Of a stretch of DNA of 64,000 nucleotides, positions 1-10,533 are shown piece by piece. A model generated the notes under the pieces. The model had not been told where the DNA came from. It searched no databases and worked only from the letters and a program-made list of their open reading frames with translations. The first letter of the stretch is position 1, and every line of letters starts with the position of its first letter. Position numbers and translations under genes: made by a program. Source of the stretch: an uncultured Gammaproteobacteria bacterium (GTDB taxonomy: Bacteria; Pseudomonadota; Gammaproteobacteria; Ga0077536); NCBI GenBank assembly GCA_942490995.1, contig CALOBG010000065.1, positions 7,005-71,004 of the forward strand, given 5' to 3'.

Positions 1-221
1 GAAATGCGCACCGAACCCTTGACCAGGCAGGTCGATAGACTGGTCCCGCCGACATTTTCCGCACGCGCGACAATTTCGACCGCGGGGTCGAGGTCATCGC
101 GACGAAAAACGATACCGGTATCGGGCGCTGCGGGGCGCAAGGTCAGAAAAACCTTACGACCGGAATGCAGACCGACGCCCGTCGCCCTAATGACGTTTTT
201 CAGGGTTCTTTGTTTGATCAT
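1..221 (-). CDS. lpxC: UDP-3-O-acyl-N-acetylglucosamine deacetylase, 5' part (runs off window start; absent from ORF track)
   Basis: Manual translation from ATG at 221 (RBS GAGGAG): [44 protein letters not shown], the typical LpxC N-terminus; canonical position downstream of ftsZ. Confidence 0.95.
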   Translation of the reverse strand, partial: MIKQRTLKNVIRATGVGLHSGRKVFLTLRPAAPDTGIVFRRDDLDPAVEIVARAENVGGTSLSTCLVKGSVRI

Positions 222-332
222 CTCCTCGCTTCCCCCGAGCAAGGCTGGCTTGGCGCGGATAATATCACACGTTCCTATCGCATTGAAAACCCTGTTTTTC
301 TTGGCGATCCCACCGGTAGCTCCGCAGCCCTC

Positions 333-1478
333 CTAGTCGGCCTGTCGACGCAGGAAGGCCGGAATGTCGAGATAATCCGTATCGGTCGCGGCGCCGGCGT
401 CGGTGTGGCCACCGTCGTTGCGATTGCGGATCACCGTCGGCCGTTCGAAACGCTTGTAGTCGATGTCCTCCGGTTCCGGCGTCCGTGCGACCAGGGCGAC
501 GGGTTCCTCGCGCGGTCGTTCGCCGTTGCCGATGCCGGTCGCGACCACGGTGACGCGGATTTCGTCGTCCATGTTCTGGTCGATAACCGTGCCCACCACC
601 ACCGTCGCGTTGTCCGAGGCGAACTCCTTGACGGTATTGCCGACCTCCTCGAATTCTCCCATCGTAAGGTCGAGTCCGGAGGTGACGTTGACGAGGATGC
701 CGCGCGCGCCGGAAAGGTTGATGTCCTCCAGTAGCGGGCTGGAAATAGCGCCTTCGGCGGCCACCCGCGCGCGATCCTGACCGCGCGCCGAGCCGGAGCC
801 CATCATCGCCATGCCCATCTCCGACATCACCGTCCTGACGTCGGCGAAGTCGACGTTGATCAGGCCTGGGCAGGTGATCAGCTCGGCAATGCCCTGCACC
901 GCGCCAAGCAGGACGTCGTTGGCTGCTTTGAAGGCGTTCAACAGGCTGATATCACGGCCGAGCACGCTGAGCAGCTTTTCGTTCGGAATGGTGATCAGGG
1001 AGTCGACGTACTGAGCGAGTTCCTTCATCCCGTCGTTGGCGATATCAGATCGTTTGCGGCCCTCGAACGGAAACGGTCGAGTAACCACGGCCACCGTCAG
1101 AATGCCCATTTCCCTGGCGATCTGAGCAACTACCGGCGCCGCGCCGGTGCCGGTGCCACCGCCCATGCCGGCGGTAATGAAGATCATGTCCGCGCCTTCG
1201 AGCACGTCGCTGATGCGTTCGCGGTCGTCGAGCGCGGCCTGTCGGCCGATATCGGGGTTGGCGCCCGCGCCGAGACCCTTGGTAATGTCACTGCCGAGCT
1301 GCAGCGTCGTTTTTGCCGAGGAGTTTTTTAATACCTGCGCATCGGTGTTCGCGCAGATGAATTCAACCCCGTCGATGTTCGCGTCGAGCATGTGTTCGAC
1401 CGCGTTTCCACCGCCGCCGCCAACACCGATTACCTTGATGATGGCCTGCTGCGAGTACGAGTCCATTAATTCAAACAT
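333..1478 (-). CDS. ftsZ: Cell division GTPase FtsZ
   Basis: IKVIGVGGGGGNAV, tubulin signature GMGGGTGTG, C-terminal DYLDIPAFLRRQAD. Confidence 0.99.
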   Translation of the reverse strand: MFELMDSYSQQAIIKVIGVGGGGGNAVEHMLDANIDGVEFICANTDAQVLKNSSAKTTLQLGSDITKGLGAGANPDIGRQAALDDRERISDVLEGADMIFITAGMGGGTGTGAAPVVAQIAREMGILTVAVVTRPFPFEGRKRSDIANDGMKELAQYVDSLITIPNEKLLSVLGRDISLLNAFKAANDVLLGAVQGIAELITCPGLINVDFADVRTVMSEMGMAMMGSGSARGQDRARVAAEGAISSPLLEDINLSGARGILVNVTSGLDLTMGEFEEVGNTVKEFASDNATVVVGTVIDQNMDDEIRVTVVATGIGNGERPREEPVALVARTPEPEDIDYKRFERPTVIRNRNDGGHTDAGAATDTDYLDIPAFLRRQAD

Positions 1479-1588
1479 GACTATCCCTCCGTTTACGGCT
1501 GACCCTGCTATTCGGGGTGCCGATTATTTTGTTTAACCACATCCAGCGCGAAACGGCCGTAGCTGCGTAACGACGGCTGTTTCGATTC

Positions 1589-2821
1589 TTAAAAATTTCC
1601 ATGAAACCAGTTCTTCATGCGCTCCCACATCGACATGCTGTTGTCGAAGCGCCCGGGCTGGTTGAAACCGACCCCGGATTGATTACCGAACAGCAACAAG
1701 CCGACGCCGGTGGCGTAAATAGGGTTGCGTACCACGTCGACGAGGCCGGCGACGTACTGCGGAGAGCCAAGGCGCACAGGCATGTGAAACACCTCCTCGG
1801 CGAGGTCGATGACACCCTCCATCTTGGCGCCGCCGCCGGTCAGTACTACGCCGGCGGCAATCAGTTCCTCGAAGCCGCTGCGCTTGAGCTCGGTCGCGAC
1901 CAGCGAGAACAGCTCTTCGTAGCGCGGCTCGACCACTTCGGCGAGGGTCTGGCGAACCAGGCGCCGGGGTGGCCGATCACCAACGCTGGGGACCTCGATG
2001 GTTTCGTCAGGGTTAGCCAGCTGGGTAAGCGCGCAGGCGTACTTGATCTTGATGTCTTCGGCATGATGGGTCGGGGTGCGCAGCGCAACCGCGATGTCGT
2101 TCGTGACCTGGTCGCCGGCGATGGGTATGACCGCGGAGTGGTGGATAGCGCCGTGGACAAAAACCGCGATATCGGTGGTGCCGCCACCGATGTCGCACAG
2201 GCACACCCCGAGTTCCTTTTCGTCTTCGGTCAGCACCGAGTACGACGACGCCAGCTGCTGCAGGATGACGTCATCGACTTCAAGACCACAGCGGCGCACG
2301 CATTTGACGATGTTCTGCGCCGCCGACACCGCGCCGGTAACCATATGCACGCGCGCTTCCAGACGAACTCCGGACATCCCGATCGGTTCGCGGATGCCTT
2401 CCTGGCCGTCGATCACGAACTCCTGCGGCAGAATATGCAGAATCTTCTGATCGGCGGGTATCGCCACCGCGCGTGCGGCGTCGATCACGCGGTCAACGTC
2501 ATTGTGGGAGACCTCGCTGTCGCGGATCGCAACGATGCCGTGAGAGTTGAGGCTGCGAATGTGCCCGCCGGCTATGCCCGCGTAGACCGAATGGATCTCA
2601 CACCCGGCCATCAGCTCGGCCTCTTCGATAGCGCGCTGGATCGATTGCACGGTCGACTCGATATTCACCACCACGCCTTTCTTGAGGCCACGCGAAGGAT
2701 GTGAGCCGAGACCGACGACTTCCACTTCGTTATCGGGCGATATTTCGCCCACGATCGCGACTACCTTGGAGGTGCCGATATCGAGACCCACCAGCAGTTT
2801 CTTGTCCGGCTTCTTAACCAT
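1589..2821 (-). CDS. ftsA: Cell division protein FtsA
   Basis: VGLDIGTSKV, DIGGGTTD, C-terminal amphipathic MWERMKNWFHGNF; ATG at 2821. Confidence 0.98.
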   Translation of the reverse strand: MVKKPDKKLLVGLDIGTSKVVAIVGEISPDNEVEVVGLGSHPSRGLKKGVVVNIESTVQSIQRAIEEAELMAGCEIHSVYAGIAGGHIRSLNSHGIVAIRDSEVSHNDVDRVIDAARAVAIPADQKILHILPQEFVIDGQEGIREPIGMSGVRLEARVHMVTGAVSAAQNIVKCVRRCGLEVDDVILQQLASSYSVLTEDEKELGVCLCDIGGGTTDIAVFVHGAIHHSAVIPIAGDQVTNDIAVALRTPTHHAEDIKIKYACALTQLANPDETIEVPSVGDRPPRRLVRQTLAEVVEPRYEELFSLVATELKRSGFEELIAAGVVLTGGGAKMEGVIDLAEEVFHMPVRLGSPQYVAGLVDVVRNPIYATGVGLLLFGNQSGVGFNQPGRFDNSMSMWERMKNWFHGNF

Positions 2822-2874
2822 CAAAAAGTGTCCCCACGCCGTGCCAGGTCGATCACCATTGCCGTTCCGTCATG

Positions 2875-3624
2875 TCATCCGTTTCCCGTGTGTGTCGTCA
2901 GTTCGCCGACGGCGAAACCGTTTGTGTAGCGCAGATCGATGCGCCCAATCCGCGTCCACGCATCCTCGAGGCCGCGTTCGTAGGCGAACAGGAAGCGCTG
3001 CAGGCGACGACGATGGTCGCTGCGTCCGAGCACAATCTCCTTGCCGTCGCGGGTTGAAACCGTCCACGCGTAGCGCGCCGATACGTTGATCGCGGCGATG
3101 GCCAGGTTCGCGCGCCGCAGTTCCGCGGCGAGGTAGCGGTACTCGCGCAATACGTCGATTTCACTGCCCAGCGGGCCGTCCAGCCGGACCAGACCGGGCG
3201 GGATATCCTCGATCCGTGGCGCGAATATGTCGCCCTGTTCGTTCAACATCGCCTGCGCGCCCCAGCGCGCCTCAGGGGTCTGTTCGACGATCCGCACGTG
3301 CAGCGTGTCGGGCCATACCCGTCTGATCGTCGCTTCGCGGATCCAGGGTTCGTCGAGCAGGCGCTGGCGAATGTCTTCGACGTCGACGCCAAAAAAGCCG
3401 GCGTCGACCGCATCGACCACCGCCACCCGCAGGACCTTGGGATCGAGATGGCTGAACTCGCCTTCTACGGAAACTTTCGCGATCGGCAGCGCAGCCGGAT
3501 CGCTCAACGCCACCGCCGCCCAGCCGATGGCGCCAAGCGTGGCCGCCAGCATCAGGGCGAAGATCACCGCCATCGGTGACGGCAGCATGCGTTCGACCGG
3601 GGCGCGGCTGACAGCCTGGGTCAT
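2875..3624 (-). CDS. ftsQ: Cell division protein FtsQ
   Basis: One TM segment, then POTRA (LPIAKVSVEGEF...PWIREATIRRVWPDTLHV) and IDLRYTNGFAV; ATG at 3624 overlaps ddl stop. Confidence 0.93.
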   Translation of the reverse strand: MTQAVSRAPVERMLPSPMAVIFALMLAATLGAIGWAAVALSDPAALPIAKVSVEGEFSHLDPKVLRVAVVDAVDAGFFGVDVEDIRQRLLDEPWIREATIRRVWPDTLHVRIVEQTPEARWGAQAMLNEQGDIFAPRIEDIPPGLVRLDGPLGSEIDVLREYRYLAAELRRANLAIAAINVSARYAWTVSTRDGKEIVLGRSDHRRRLQRFLFAYERGLEDAWTRIGRIDLRYTNGFAVGELTTHTGNG

Positions 3625-4580
3625 GGCCTTACCCCCGCCGGTATGCTCGAAGCGAGAATGACCAGAGCGAGTTCTTCGAATGACATGCCGGCGTGCCGCG
3701 CCGCCATTGGCACCAGCGAATGGTCGGTCATGCCCGGCACGGTATTGAGCTCTATCAGCCACGGTAAACCGTCGCCATCGCACATGAAATCGATGCGTCC
3801 CCAGCCGCGACCGTCGAGGATTTCGAAGGCCTTGAGCGCCAGCTCCCCGGCAGCCTGTTCGGCCGCCGGCGATAACCCGCACGGACACAGGTAGCGGGTG
3901 TCGTCGGCAACATACTTGGCCTGGTAGTCGTAGAATTCCCGCGGTGTTTCCAGCTTGATGATCGGCAGCGCGGTACCGCCGACGATCGCAACGGTGTATT
4001 CGCTGCCGGCAATAAAACGTTCGGCGATGACAATGGGGTCAAACTCGAGCGCGGCGGCGATCGCGGCGCCGACGTCGTCAGCAAGCTCTACCTTGGCGAC
4101 GCCGAGACTGGAGCCTTCGCGCGCCGGCTTGATGATGAGTGGCAGTCCGATGCGAGTGACGAGCGCGTGGATGTCACTGTGCCGGTCAACGCGCTCGAAA
4201 GCAGGCGTCGGCAGACCCGCGCCGAGCCATGCCAGTTTGGCGCGTGACTTGTCCATCGCCAGCGCCGAACCGAGTACACCGGTACCGGTGTAGGCCGCGC
4301 CCATCAATTCCAGGGCTGCCTGGATCTGACCGTCTTCGCCGCCGCGTCCGTGCAGTGCGATGAAATAGCGATCAAAATCGTCGTGGTCCAGCAGCTTGGC
4401 GAGGGTACCGTCCCAGTCGACCGCCACGGCATCAACTTCGGCCGCCTGCAGCGCTTCGACCACCGCCATGCCGCTGCGCAGGGAAATTTCGCGTTCCGCC
4501 GAGGCGCCACCCATGAGTACCGCGACTTTACCGGCGCGCGCGGCGATCGTGCTCAGCATCGAGGATGTCGGCAGACTCAT
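3621..4580 (-). CDS. ddl: D-alanine--D-alanine ligase (DdlB type)
   Basis: VAVLMGGASAEREISL, LHGRGGEDG, EGSSLG, ELNTVPGMT. Confidence 0.97.
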   Translation of the reverse strand: MSLPTSSMLSTIAARAGKVAVLMGGASAEREISLRSGMAVVEALQAAEVDAVAVDWDGTLAKLLDHDDFDRYFIALHGRGGEDGQIQAALELMGAAYTGTGVLGSALAMDKSRAKLAWLGAGLPTPAFERVDRHSDIHALVTRIGLPLIIKPAREGSSLGVAKVELADDVGAAIAAALEFDPIVIAERFIAGSEYTVAIVGGTALPIIKLETPREFYDYQAKYVADDTRYLCPCGLSPAAEQAAGELALKAFEILDGRGWGRIDFMCDGDGLPWLIELNTVPGMTDHSLVPMAARHAGMSFEELALVILASSIPAGVRP

Positions 4581-5500
4581 GGCTGCTCCCCGCTGGCATC
4601 GGCGCTGGCGCGGCCGACGATCTGCACTTCGGTTTCGAGTGCCACCCCGAAGCGGCGTAACACCTGCGCGCGAAGGTGTTCGATGAGGGCCTCGATGTCA
4701 GCGGCGCTGGCGCCGCCATCGTTGACGATAAAATTGGCGTGCTGCGGCGATACCACCGCGCCGCCAATGCGGTAGCCTTTCAGTCCGCATTGCTCGATCA
4801 ACCGGCCGGCGTAGTCACCGGGCGGATTCACAAATACCGAACCACAGGAAGCCTTGCCGGTCGGCTGGGTGGCGCCGCGTTGCGCGAGCACCGCACGTAT
4901 ACGCTCGGCGCCACCGCCGCCGGCGCTGTCCGGCAGGCGCAGCCAGGCGCTGACGAAACCCTCGGCGGGACCGTCGACATGGCGATAGCCGGGACGATAC
5001 TCGGCGGCCTCGCGACGGCGTACGGTGCCTGCGGCATCGATGCTTTCGACCGCCACGACGTACGACCAGATCTCGCCGCCGAGCGCGCCGGCGTTCATGC
5101 GCAATGCGCCGCCCAGGGTGCCGGGGATGCCGGCCAGGAACTCCAGCCCGGCGCGGTCATGGTTCGCGGCCAGCCGCGCCAGGCGCGCGCAGGTCACACC
5201 GGCCTCGGCGTAAAGCAGGCCGTCCGGCGTCCACTCTGCGCGTGACAAACCGGACTGGGTGGCGATCAGGGCGCAATCGATCCCGCCGTCGCGCACCAGC
5301 AGATTGCTGCCCAGCCCCAGCCACATGACCTGGTCCTCGGCATGCAGGCGCAGGAAGGCGCCGAGGTCGTCACGATCGGCGGGTTCGAACAAGACTCGGG
5401 CCGGCCCGCCGCAGCGCCAGGTGGAATGGCGTGACATCGGTTCGTGGTGGCGCAGACGCCCACGCAGGCTGCCCTCGTCAATTCGTGGATTGGCGTTCAC
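4577..5500 (-). CDS. murB: UDP-N-acetylenolpyruvoylglucosamine reductase
   Basis: GLGSNLLVRDGG, GIPGTLGGALRMNAGA, SCGSVFVNP, HANFIVN. Confidence 0.96.
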   Translation of the reverse strand: MNANPRIDEGSLRGRLRHHEPMSRHSTWRCGGPARVLFEPADRDDLGAFLRLHAEDQVMWLGLGSNLLVRDGGIDCALIATQSGLSRAEWTPDGLLYAEAGVTCARLARLAANHDRAGLEFLAGIPGTLGGALRMNAGALGGEIWSYVVAVESIDAAGTVRRREAAEYRPGYRHVDGPAEGFVSAWLRLPDSAGGGGAERIRAVLAQRGATQPTGKASCGSVFVNPPGDYAGRLIEQCGLKGYRIGGAVVSPQHANFIVNDGGASAADIEALIEHLRAQVLRRFGVALETEVQIVGRASADASGEQP

Positions 5501-6897
5501 GAGACCAGCTCCTCGGCCAGCTGGCCGATGTTTCCCGCACCCAGCATGGCGACGATATCGTTGTCGTGGACGAGGTTCTTCAGCACCGCGGCGGTGTCCT
5601 GCGGTTGTTCGACGAAAATCGGCTCGACCTGGCCGCGCGTGCGGATCGCGCGCGCCAGTGAGCGCCCGTCAGCGCCGGCGATCGGTGCTTCACCGGCGGC
5701 GTAGACTTCGAGCAGGACCAGCACGTCGGCGCGCGACAGCACGCTCGCGAAATCGTCGAACAGATCGCGCGTACGGGTATAGCGATGCGGTTGGAAGACC
5801 ACCACCAGGCGCTGTTCCGGCCAGCGTCGGCGAATGGTTTTCAGCACTGCATCGAGTTCGCGCGGGTGGTGGCCATAGTCATCCAGCAGGGTCACGTTGC
5901 TGGCGCCGAGGTCGACCCTGGGATGGATCTGGCAGCGCCGCGCGATACCTTCGAAGCCGGCCAGCGCGCTGGCAATAGCGTTGCTTTCAATGCCAAGTTC
6001 GAGAGCCACCGCGATCGCACCCAGCGCGTTCTGAACGTTGTGCTCGCCGGGCAGATTGAGGATCAGTTCCTGGTCGTGCTCAAAGACACTGCTCGCGACA
6101 TGGAAATGTTCGCGCCCGTCAACATGGCGCAGATCGTAGCCGCGCACATCGGCGTCGGCATGCAGGCCGTAAGTCAACACGCGCGCGCGGATCTCCGGGA
6201 TCAGCGCGGCCGCATGTTCGTCGTCCAGGCATACGCAGGCCACGCCATAGAACGGCAGGCGACGAAAAAACTCGACGAACGCCGCGGTCAGCACCGAGAA
6301 ATCGCCATCGTAGGTCGCCATGTGATCGGCATCGACGTTGGTCAGCACCGCCATCAACGGCTGCAGGAGCAGAAACGAGGCGTCGCTTTCGTCGGCCTCC
6401 GCGACCAGGTATTTGCCGGTGCCGAGGCGCGCATGCGCGTTGATGCTCTTGACCAGGCCACCGACGACGAAAGTCGGATCGAGGCCGGCGGCGGCGAGTA
6501 TGCTCGCGATGAGACTGGTGGTGGTGGTTTTGCCGTGCGTCCCCGCCACCGCGATGCCGTGGTGAAAGCGCATCAGTTCGGCCAGCATTTCCGCCCGCGG
6601 CACGGTCGGGATGCGCTGTTCGCGCGCGGCGGCGAGTTCGACGTTATCGTCGCCGACCGCGCTCGAGTACACCACCACATCGGCGCCGGCCACATGGTCT
6701 GCGGCGTGATCGTGCATGACCTCGATACCGACCGTGGCAAGATGGCGGGTGACGCGCGAGCGGGCCTTGTCGGAACCGGACACGCGGTAGCCGAGATTGC
6801 ACAGTACTTCGGCGATGCCGCTCATTCCGGCGCCGCCCACGCCAATGAAATGGATGTGTTCGACGCGGTGCATCAGCTGTTCGTTGTGTTTAAGCAT
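5497..6897 (-). CDS. murC: UDP-N-acetylmuramate--L-alanine ligase
   Basis: IHFIGVGGAGMSG, GTHGKTTT, EADESD, DDYGHHP; start moved to ATG at 6897. Confidence 0.98.
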   Translation of the reverse strand: MLKHNEQLMHRVEHIHFIGVGGAGMSGIAEVLCNLGYRVSGSDKARSRVTRHLATVGIEVMHDHAADHVAGADVVVYSSAVGDDNVELAAAREQRIPTVPRAEMLAELMRFHHGIAVAGTHGKTTTTSLIASILAAAGLDPTFVVGGLVKSINAHARLGTGKYLVAEADESDASFLLLQPLMAVLTNVDADHMATYDGDFSVLTAAFVEFFRRLPFYGVACVCLDDEHAAALIPEIRARVLTYGLHADADVRGYDLRHVDGREHFHVASSVFEHDQELILNLPGEHNVQNALGAIAVALELGIESNAIASALAGFEGIARRCQIHPRVDLGASNVTLLDDYGHHPRELDAVLKTIRRRWPEQRLVVVFQPHRYTRTRDLFDDFASVLSRADVLVLLEVYAAGEAPIAGADGRSLARAIRTRGQVEPIFVEQPQDTAAVLKNLVHDNDIVAMLGAGNIGQLAEELVS

Positions 6898-7969
6898 CGA
6901 CCAGATCCAGACACTGTTGAGCGACGTTTGCCGTCGCTTCGGCCTGCGCCAGGGCGCGCGCGCGCCGGGCCATGTCCAGCAACCGTGGACGGTTACCAAG
7001 CAATTCGCCGATCCGTGCGGCAAGTGCGGCGCTGCTCATCTCGCGCTCTGCGATCACCAGCGCTGCCTGGTGACGCACCAGATACTCCGCATTGACTCGC
7101 TGGTGGTCGTCCACCGCATAGGGGTAGGGCACCAGAATCGAGGCGACCCCGGCCGCGGCGATCTCGGCGATAGTCAGCGCCCCGGCGCGGGCTATGACGA
7201 GATCGGCGTCGGCGTAGGCGGCGGCCATGTCCTCGATATACGGCGTAACTTCGACACCCGCATCGAGGCCCTGCGCCAGGTAGTTTGCCCGCGTCGCTTC
7301 GAGCTGGTCGGCGCCGCACTGGTGGCGAACACGCAGATCGCCAAGGCCGCAAGCCGCCAGCGCCGCCGGCACGGTTTCGTTCAGTGCGCGGGCGCCGCGA
7401 CTACCGCCAAAAACCAGTACCCGGGCGCCCTCGTGCACGGCCAGGCGGTCGCCCGGCGGCGCCAGTGCGGCGATATCGCTGCGTACCGGATTGCCGGTCG
7501 CGATCGCGCCGCGGGACGCCGGGAAGGTGCCGGGGAAAGCTTCGAGCACGCGACTGGCAATGCGACTCAACAGTCGATTGGTCAGGCCGGCGATCGCATT
7601 CTGCTCGTGGATCACGAGCGGCCGGCGACACAACACGGCGGCGAGTCCGCCCGGCCCGCTGACAAAGCCGCCCATGCCAAGGACAACCTGCGGGCGCAGG
7701 CGCATGATGGCCGCTACCGCGCAGCCCAGCGCCACGCTCAGCGTCAGCGGCGCAAGCAGCCAGCGCGCCACACCCGCGCGGCGTAACCCCGCTATCGGGA
7801 TCGTCTCGAAGACGTAACCCGCGGCCGGGACCACGCGCGCCTCCAGCCCGCGCCGGGTACCCAGCCAGCAGGTCTGCACGCCCGCGTCGCTGAGCGCGCC
7901 GGCAACTGCAAGGCCGGGATAGACATGCCCGCCGGTGCCGCCGGCGACGATGAGCACCGTCCTAGTCAT
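6890..7969 (-). CDS. murG: Undecaprenyl-PP-MurNAc-pentapeptide GlcNAc transferase
   Basis: AGGTGGHVYPG, HEQNAIAG, GNPVR, GGSRGA, DDHQRVNA; ATG at 7969. Confidence 0.98.
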   Translation of the reverse strand: MTRTVLIVAGGTGGHVYPGLAVAGALSDAGVQTCWLGTRRGLEARVVPAAGYVFETIPIAGLRRAGVARWLLAPLTLSVALGCAVAAIMRLRPQVVLGMGGFVSGPGGLAAVLCRRPLVIHEQNAIAGLTNRLLSRIASRVLEAFPGTFPASRGAIATGNPVRSDIAALAPPGDRLAVHEGARVLVFGGSRGARALNETVPAALAACGLGDLRVRHQCGADQLEATRANYLAQGLDAGVEVTPYIEDMAAAYADADLVIARAGALTIAEIAAAGVASILVPYPYAVDDHQRVNAEYLVRHQAALVIAEREMSSAALAARIGELLGNRPRLLDMARRARALAQAEATANVAQQCLDLVDA

Positions 7970-9155
7970 GGCTGCCACCGTGCAGTGCAACCGCGGCCGG
8001 CGGCTGATGCGCTTCAAATGCGGCGCGCAGGACCAGCGCCACCGCCGCGCACATGACCACCAGGTTATTGCTCGCATAACTCAGGAACGGCAACGGCAGT
8101 CCCTTGGTTGGCAGGATCCCCATGTTCACGCCGATATTGACGAAGGCCTGGATGCCGATCAGGAAGCCCACCCCGTAAGTGACATAAGCGGCGAACATGT
8201 GGTTACTGCGTTCCGCTACGCCGCCGAGATAGAAAATTCGCCAGACCAGAAAAACGAACAATCCGATCACGCCGGTGGTGCCGAGAACGCCGACTTCCTC
8301 GCCGATCACCGCGAATACGAAATCGGTGTGCACTTCCGGCAGATAGAACAGTTTCTGCACGCTGTTGCCAAGGCCAACCCCGAACCATTCGCCGCGACCG
8401 AAGGCGATCAGCGCCTGGGTGAGCTGGAAACCGCTGTTGTAGGGATCCGACCACGGATCCATGAACGTCATCAGACGCTGCAACCGATACGGCGCGAGCA
8501 TCGACAGGGTCGCCAGCGCGACCAGCGCCGCGACCCCCCAGAACAGGAACCTCAGGATCGGTACGCCGGCCAGGAACAACATGCCGAGACCGGTCGCGAA
8601 CAGCACTACCGCGGCGCCGAAATCCGGTTCGATCAGGAACAGGCCGGCGATCACCATCAGTACGCCGACAGGCTTTATGAAGCCAACGAAATCTGCGCGC
8701 ACCTGCTGGTTATGGCGGACCAGGTAGGCGGCCAGGTAAATAACCACGGCCAGCTTGGCCGGCTCCGAAGGCTGCAGCGACACCAGTCCGAGTCCGAGCC
8801 AGCGCATGCTGCCGTTGACCTCGTGGCCGAGCCCGGGGACCAGTACCGCAACCAGCAACGCGATCGCCGCGAACAGGAGCGTGGTACTCAGGCGCGCCAG
8901 CCGCGCGAGTGGGATAAACATGATCGTCGCGGCCACGCCCAGCCCGACGCCGGCGGCGATGAGCTGGCGCCAGAAGTAGTACAGCGCCGGCAGCTCGCGG
9001 CGTTCGGCGATCGAAACCGAGGTCGACACCGCCATGATCAGGCCGATACCGAGCAGCGTCAGGGCCGCACCAATCAGCCACAGATCGTAGGGCAGCGGCG
9101 CGCTCGCGCTGCGGTTACCCTGGGGCACGGCCTGGGCCGGTACGGCGCTATCCAT
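7962..9155 (-). CDS. ftsW: SEDS peptidoglycan polymerase FtsW
   Basis: Multi-TM; RWLGLG..LQPSEPAK, EPDFG, LPEVHTDFVF, PTKGLPLPFLSY; ATG at 9155. Confidence 0.97.
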   Translation of the reverse strand: MDSAVPAQAVPQGNRSASAPLPYDLWLIGAALTLLGIGLIMAVSTSVSIAERRELPALYYFWRQLIAAGVGLGVAATIMFIPLARLARLSTTLLFAAIALLVAVLVPGLGHEVNGSMRWLGLGLVSLQPSEPAKLAVVIYLAAYLVRHNQQVRADFVGFIKPVGVLMVIAGLFLIEPDFGAAVVLFATGLGMLFLAGVPILRFLFWGVAALVALATLSMLAPYRLQRLMTFMDPWSDPYNSGFQLTQALIAFGRGEWFGVGLGNSVQKLFYLPEVHTDFVFAVIGEEVGVLGTTGVIGLFVFLVWRIFYLGGVAERSNHMFAAYVTYGVGFLIGIQAFVNIGVNMGILPTKGLPLPFLSYASNNLVVMCAAVALVLRAAFEAHQPPAAVALHGGSHD

Positions 9156-10533
9156 TACGCCCCTCCAGCGCCATGACCGCATCGCGAAACGCTCGGCCGC
9201 GCGCTTCGTAGTTGGCGAACTGGTCGAAACTTGCGCAGGCCGGCGCCAACAGTACGCTTTCGCCGCGGCGGGCGGCGGCGAACGCCGCTTCGACCGCTGC
9301 CGGCATGCCGTCGGCGAACACACAGGGCCTGCGGCCATCGATCGTCGCGGCAATCGCGCCAGCCGCTTCACCGATCAGGACCAGGGTATGCGCGTGGCTC
9401 ACCGCGGCATCCGCAAACGCGTCGAACGCGGCGCCCTTGGGCTGGCCACCGGCTATCAAGACGCCACCGGTCGCGCCGAGTACGCCGGCGATACTCGCGC
9501 ATGCGGCGCCCGGATTGGTGGCCTTGGAGTCATCGATAAAATCGATGCCGTCGATGGTCGCAATGCGCTGCGCACGGTGTGGCAGACCGCGGAACGTCCT
9601 GAGCGTGGCGGCCACGGCGGCGGGTTCGATGCCGCAGGCTTCGGCGATGGCGATGGCGGCCAGGGCATTGGCCAGATTGTGTGCGCCGACCAGTCCCAAC
9701 TCGCCGTGCTCGATGACATCATGGTCGGCGCCCGCAAGCATGACGCGGTCGCCGTCGCGGCGCAGCCCGTAGCGCTGCGGCCCCGGCGCCTGCAGCGAAA
9801 AGTCAATCCGCGTCGCGGGCACCGCGAGTTCGCGCACGTGCACGTCATCGCCGTTGAGCACCGCCACCTCGGCGCGTTGCAACACCCGCGCCTTGGCCTG
9901 CGCGTAGCTTTCGAAGCTACCGTGACGATCCAGATGATCGGGTGCCAGGTTGAGGATACACGCCACCCGCGGCGCCAGGCTGGCGGTCAGTTCGAGCTGA
10001 AAACTCGACAGCTCGAGGACGTAAAAATCGGGTTGGTTCTGCGCCAGCAGGTCCAGCGCCGGGGTGCCGAGGTTGCCGCCGCGCTGCACGCGGGCGCCGC
10101 CAGCCTCGAGCATGTCGGCAACCAGTGTGGTTACCGTCGATTTACCATTGGTCCCGGTGATCGCCACGATCGGTGCGCGCGCCGCGCGGGCGAACAATTC
10201 GATATCGCCAATCAGCTCGCGACCGGCCGCGCGCAGAGCGACCAGAGCGGGTTCGGTGAGCGCCACGCCGGGACTCACGATGACCTGTCCGCAGGCGCCG
10301 AGCCGGCGCGGGTCGAGGGCGCCGGATACGTGCCTCAGAGCGGGGAATTCGCGCTCGAGCTCGGCCAGCGCCGGTGGTTCCGGGCGGGTATCGAAACCGA
10401 TACACGACGCGCCACTGCGCGCCGCGTAGCGCAGCACGGAACGGCCGGTTGCGCCAAGACCGACGACCGCAAAGTCGGCCTTCGGCTCGCTGCGCGCGCT
10501 GTCCATGGCGTCGTTGCTCATAACCGCACTCAT
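9148..10533 (-). CDS. murD: UDP-MurNAc-L-Ala--D-glutamate ligase
   Basis: VVGLGATG, ITGTNGKSTVT, ELSSFQL, DDSKATN, PACASFDQF; ATG at 10533 overlaps mraY stop. Confidence 0.97.
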   Translation of the reverse strand: MSAVMSNDAMDSARSEPKADFAVVGLGATGRSVLRYAARSGASCIGFDTRPEPPALAELEREFPALRHVSGALDPRRLGACGQVIVSPGVALTEPALVALRAAGRELIGDIELFARAARAPIVAITGTNGKSTVTTLVADMLEAGGARVQRGGNLGTPALDLLAQNQPDFYVLELSSFQLELTASLAPRVACILNLAPDHLDRHGSFESYAQAKARVLQRAEVAVLNGDDVHVRELAVPATRIDFSLQAPGPQRYGLRRDGDRVMLAGADHDVIEHGELGLVGAHNLANALAAIAIAEACGIEPAAVAATLRTFRGLPHRAQRIATIDGIDFIDDSKATNPGAACASIAGVLGATGGVLIAGGQPKGAAFDAFADAAVSHAHTLVLIGEAAGAIAATIDGRRPCVFADGMPAAVEAAFAAARRGESVLLAPACASFDQFANYEARGRAFRDAVMALEGRNG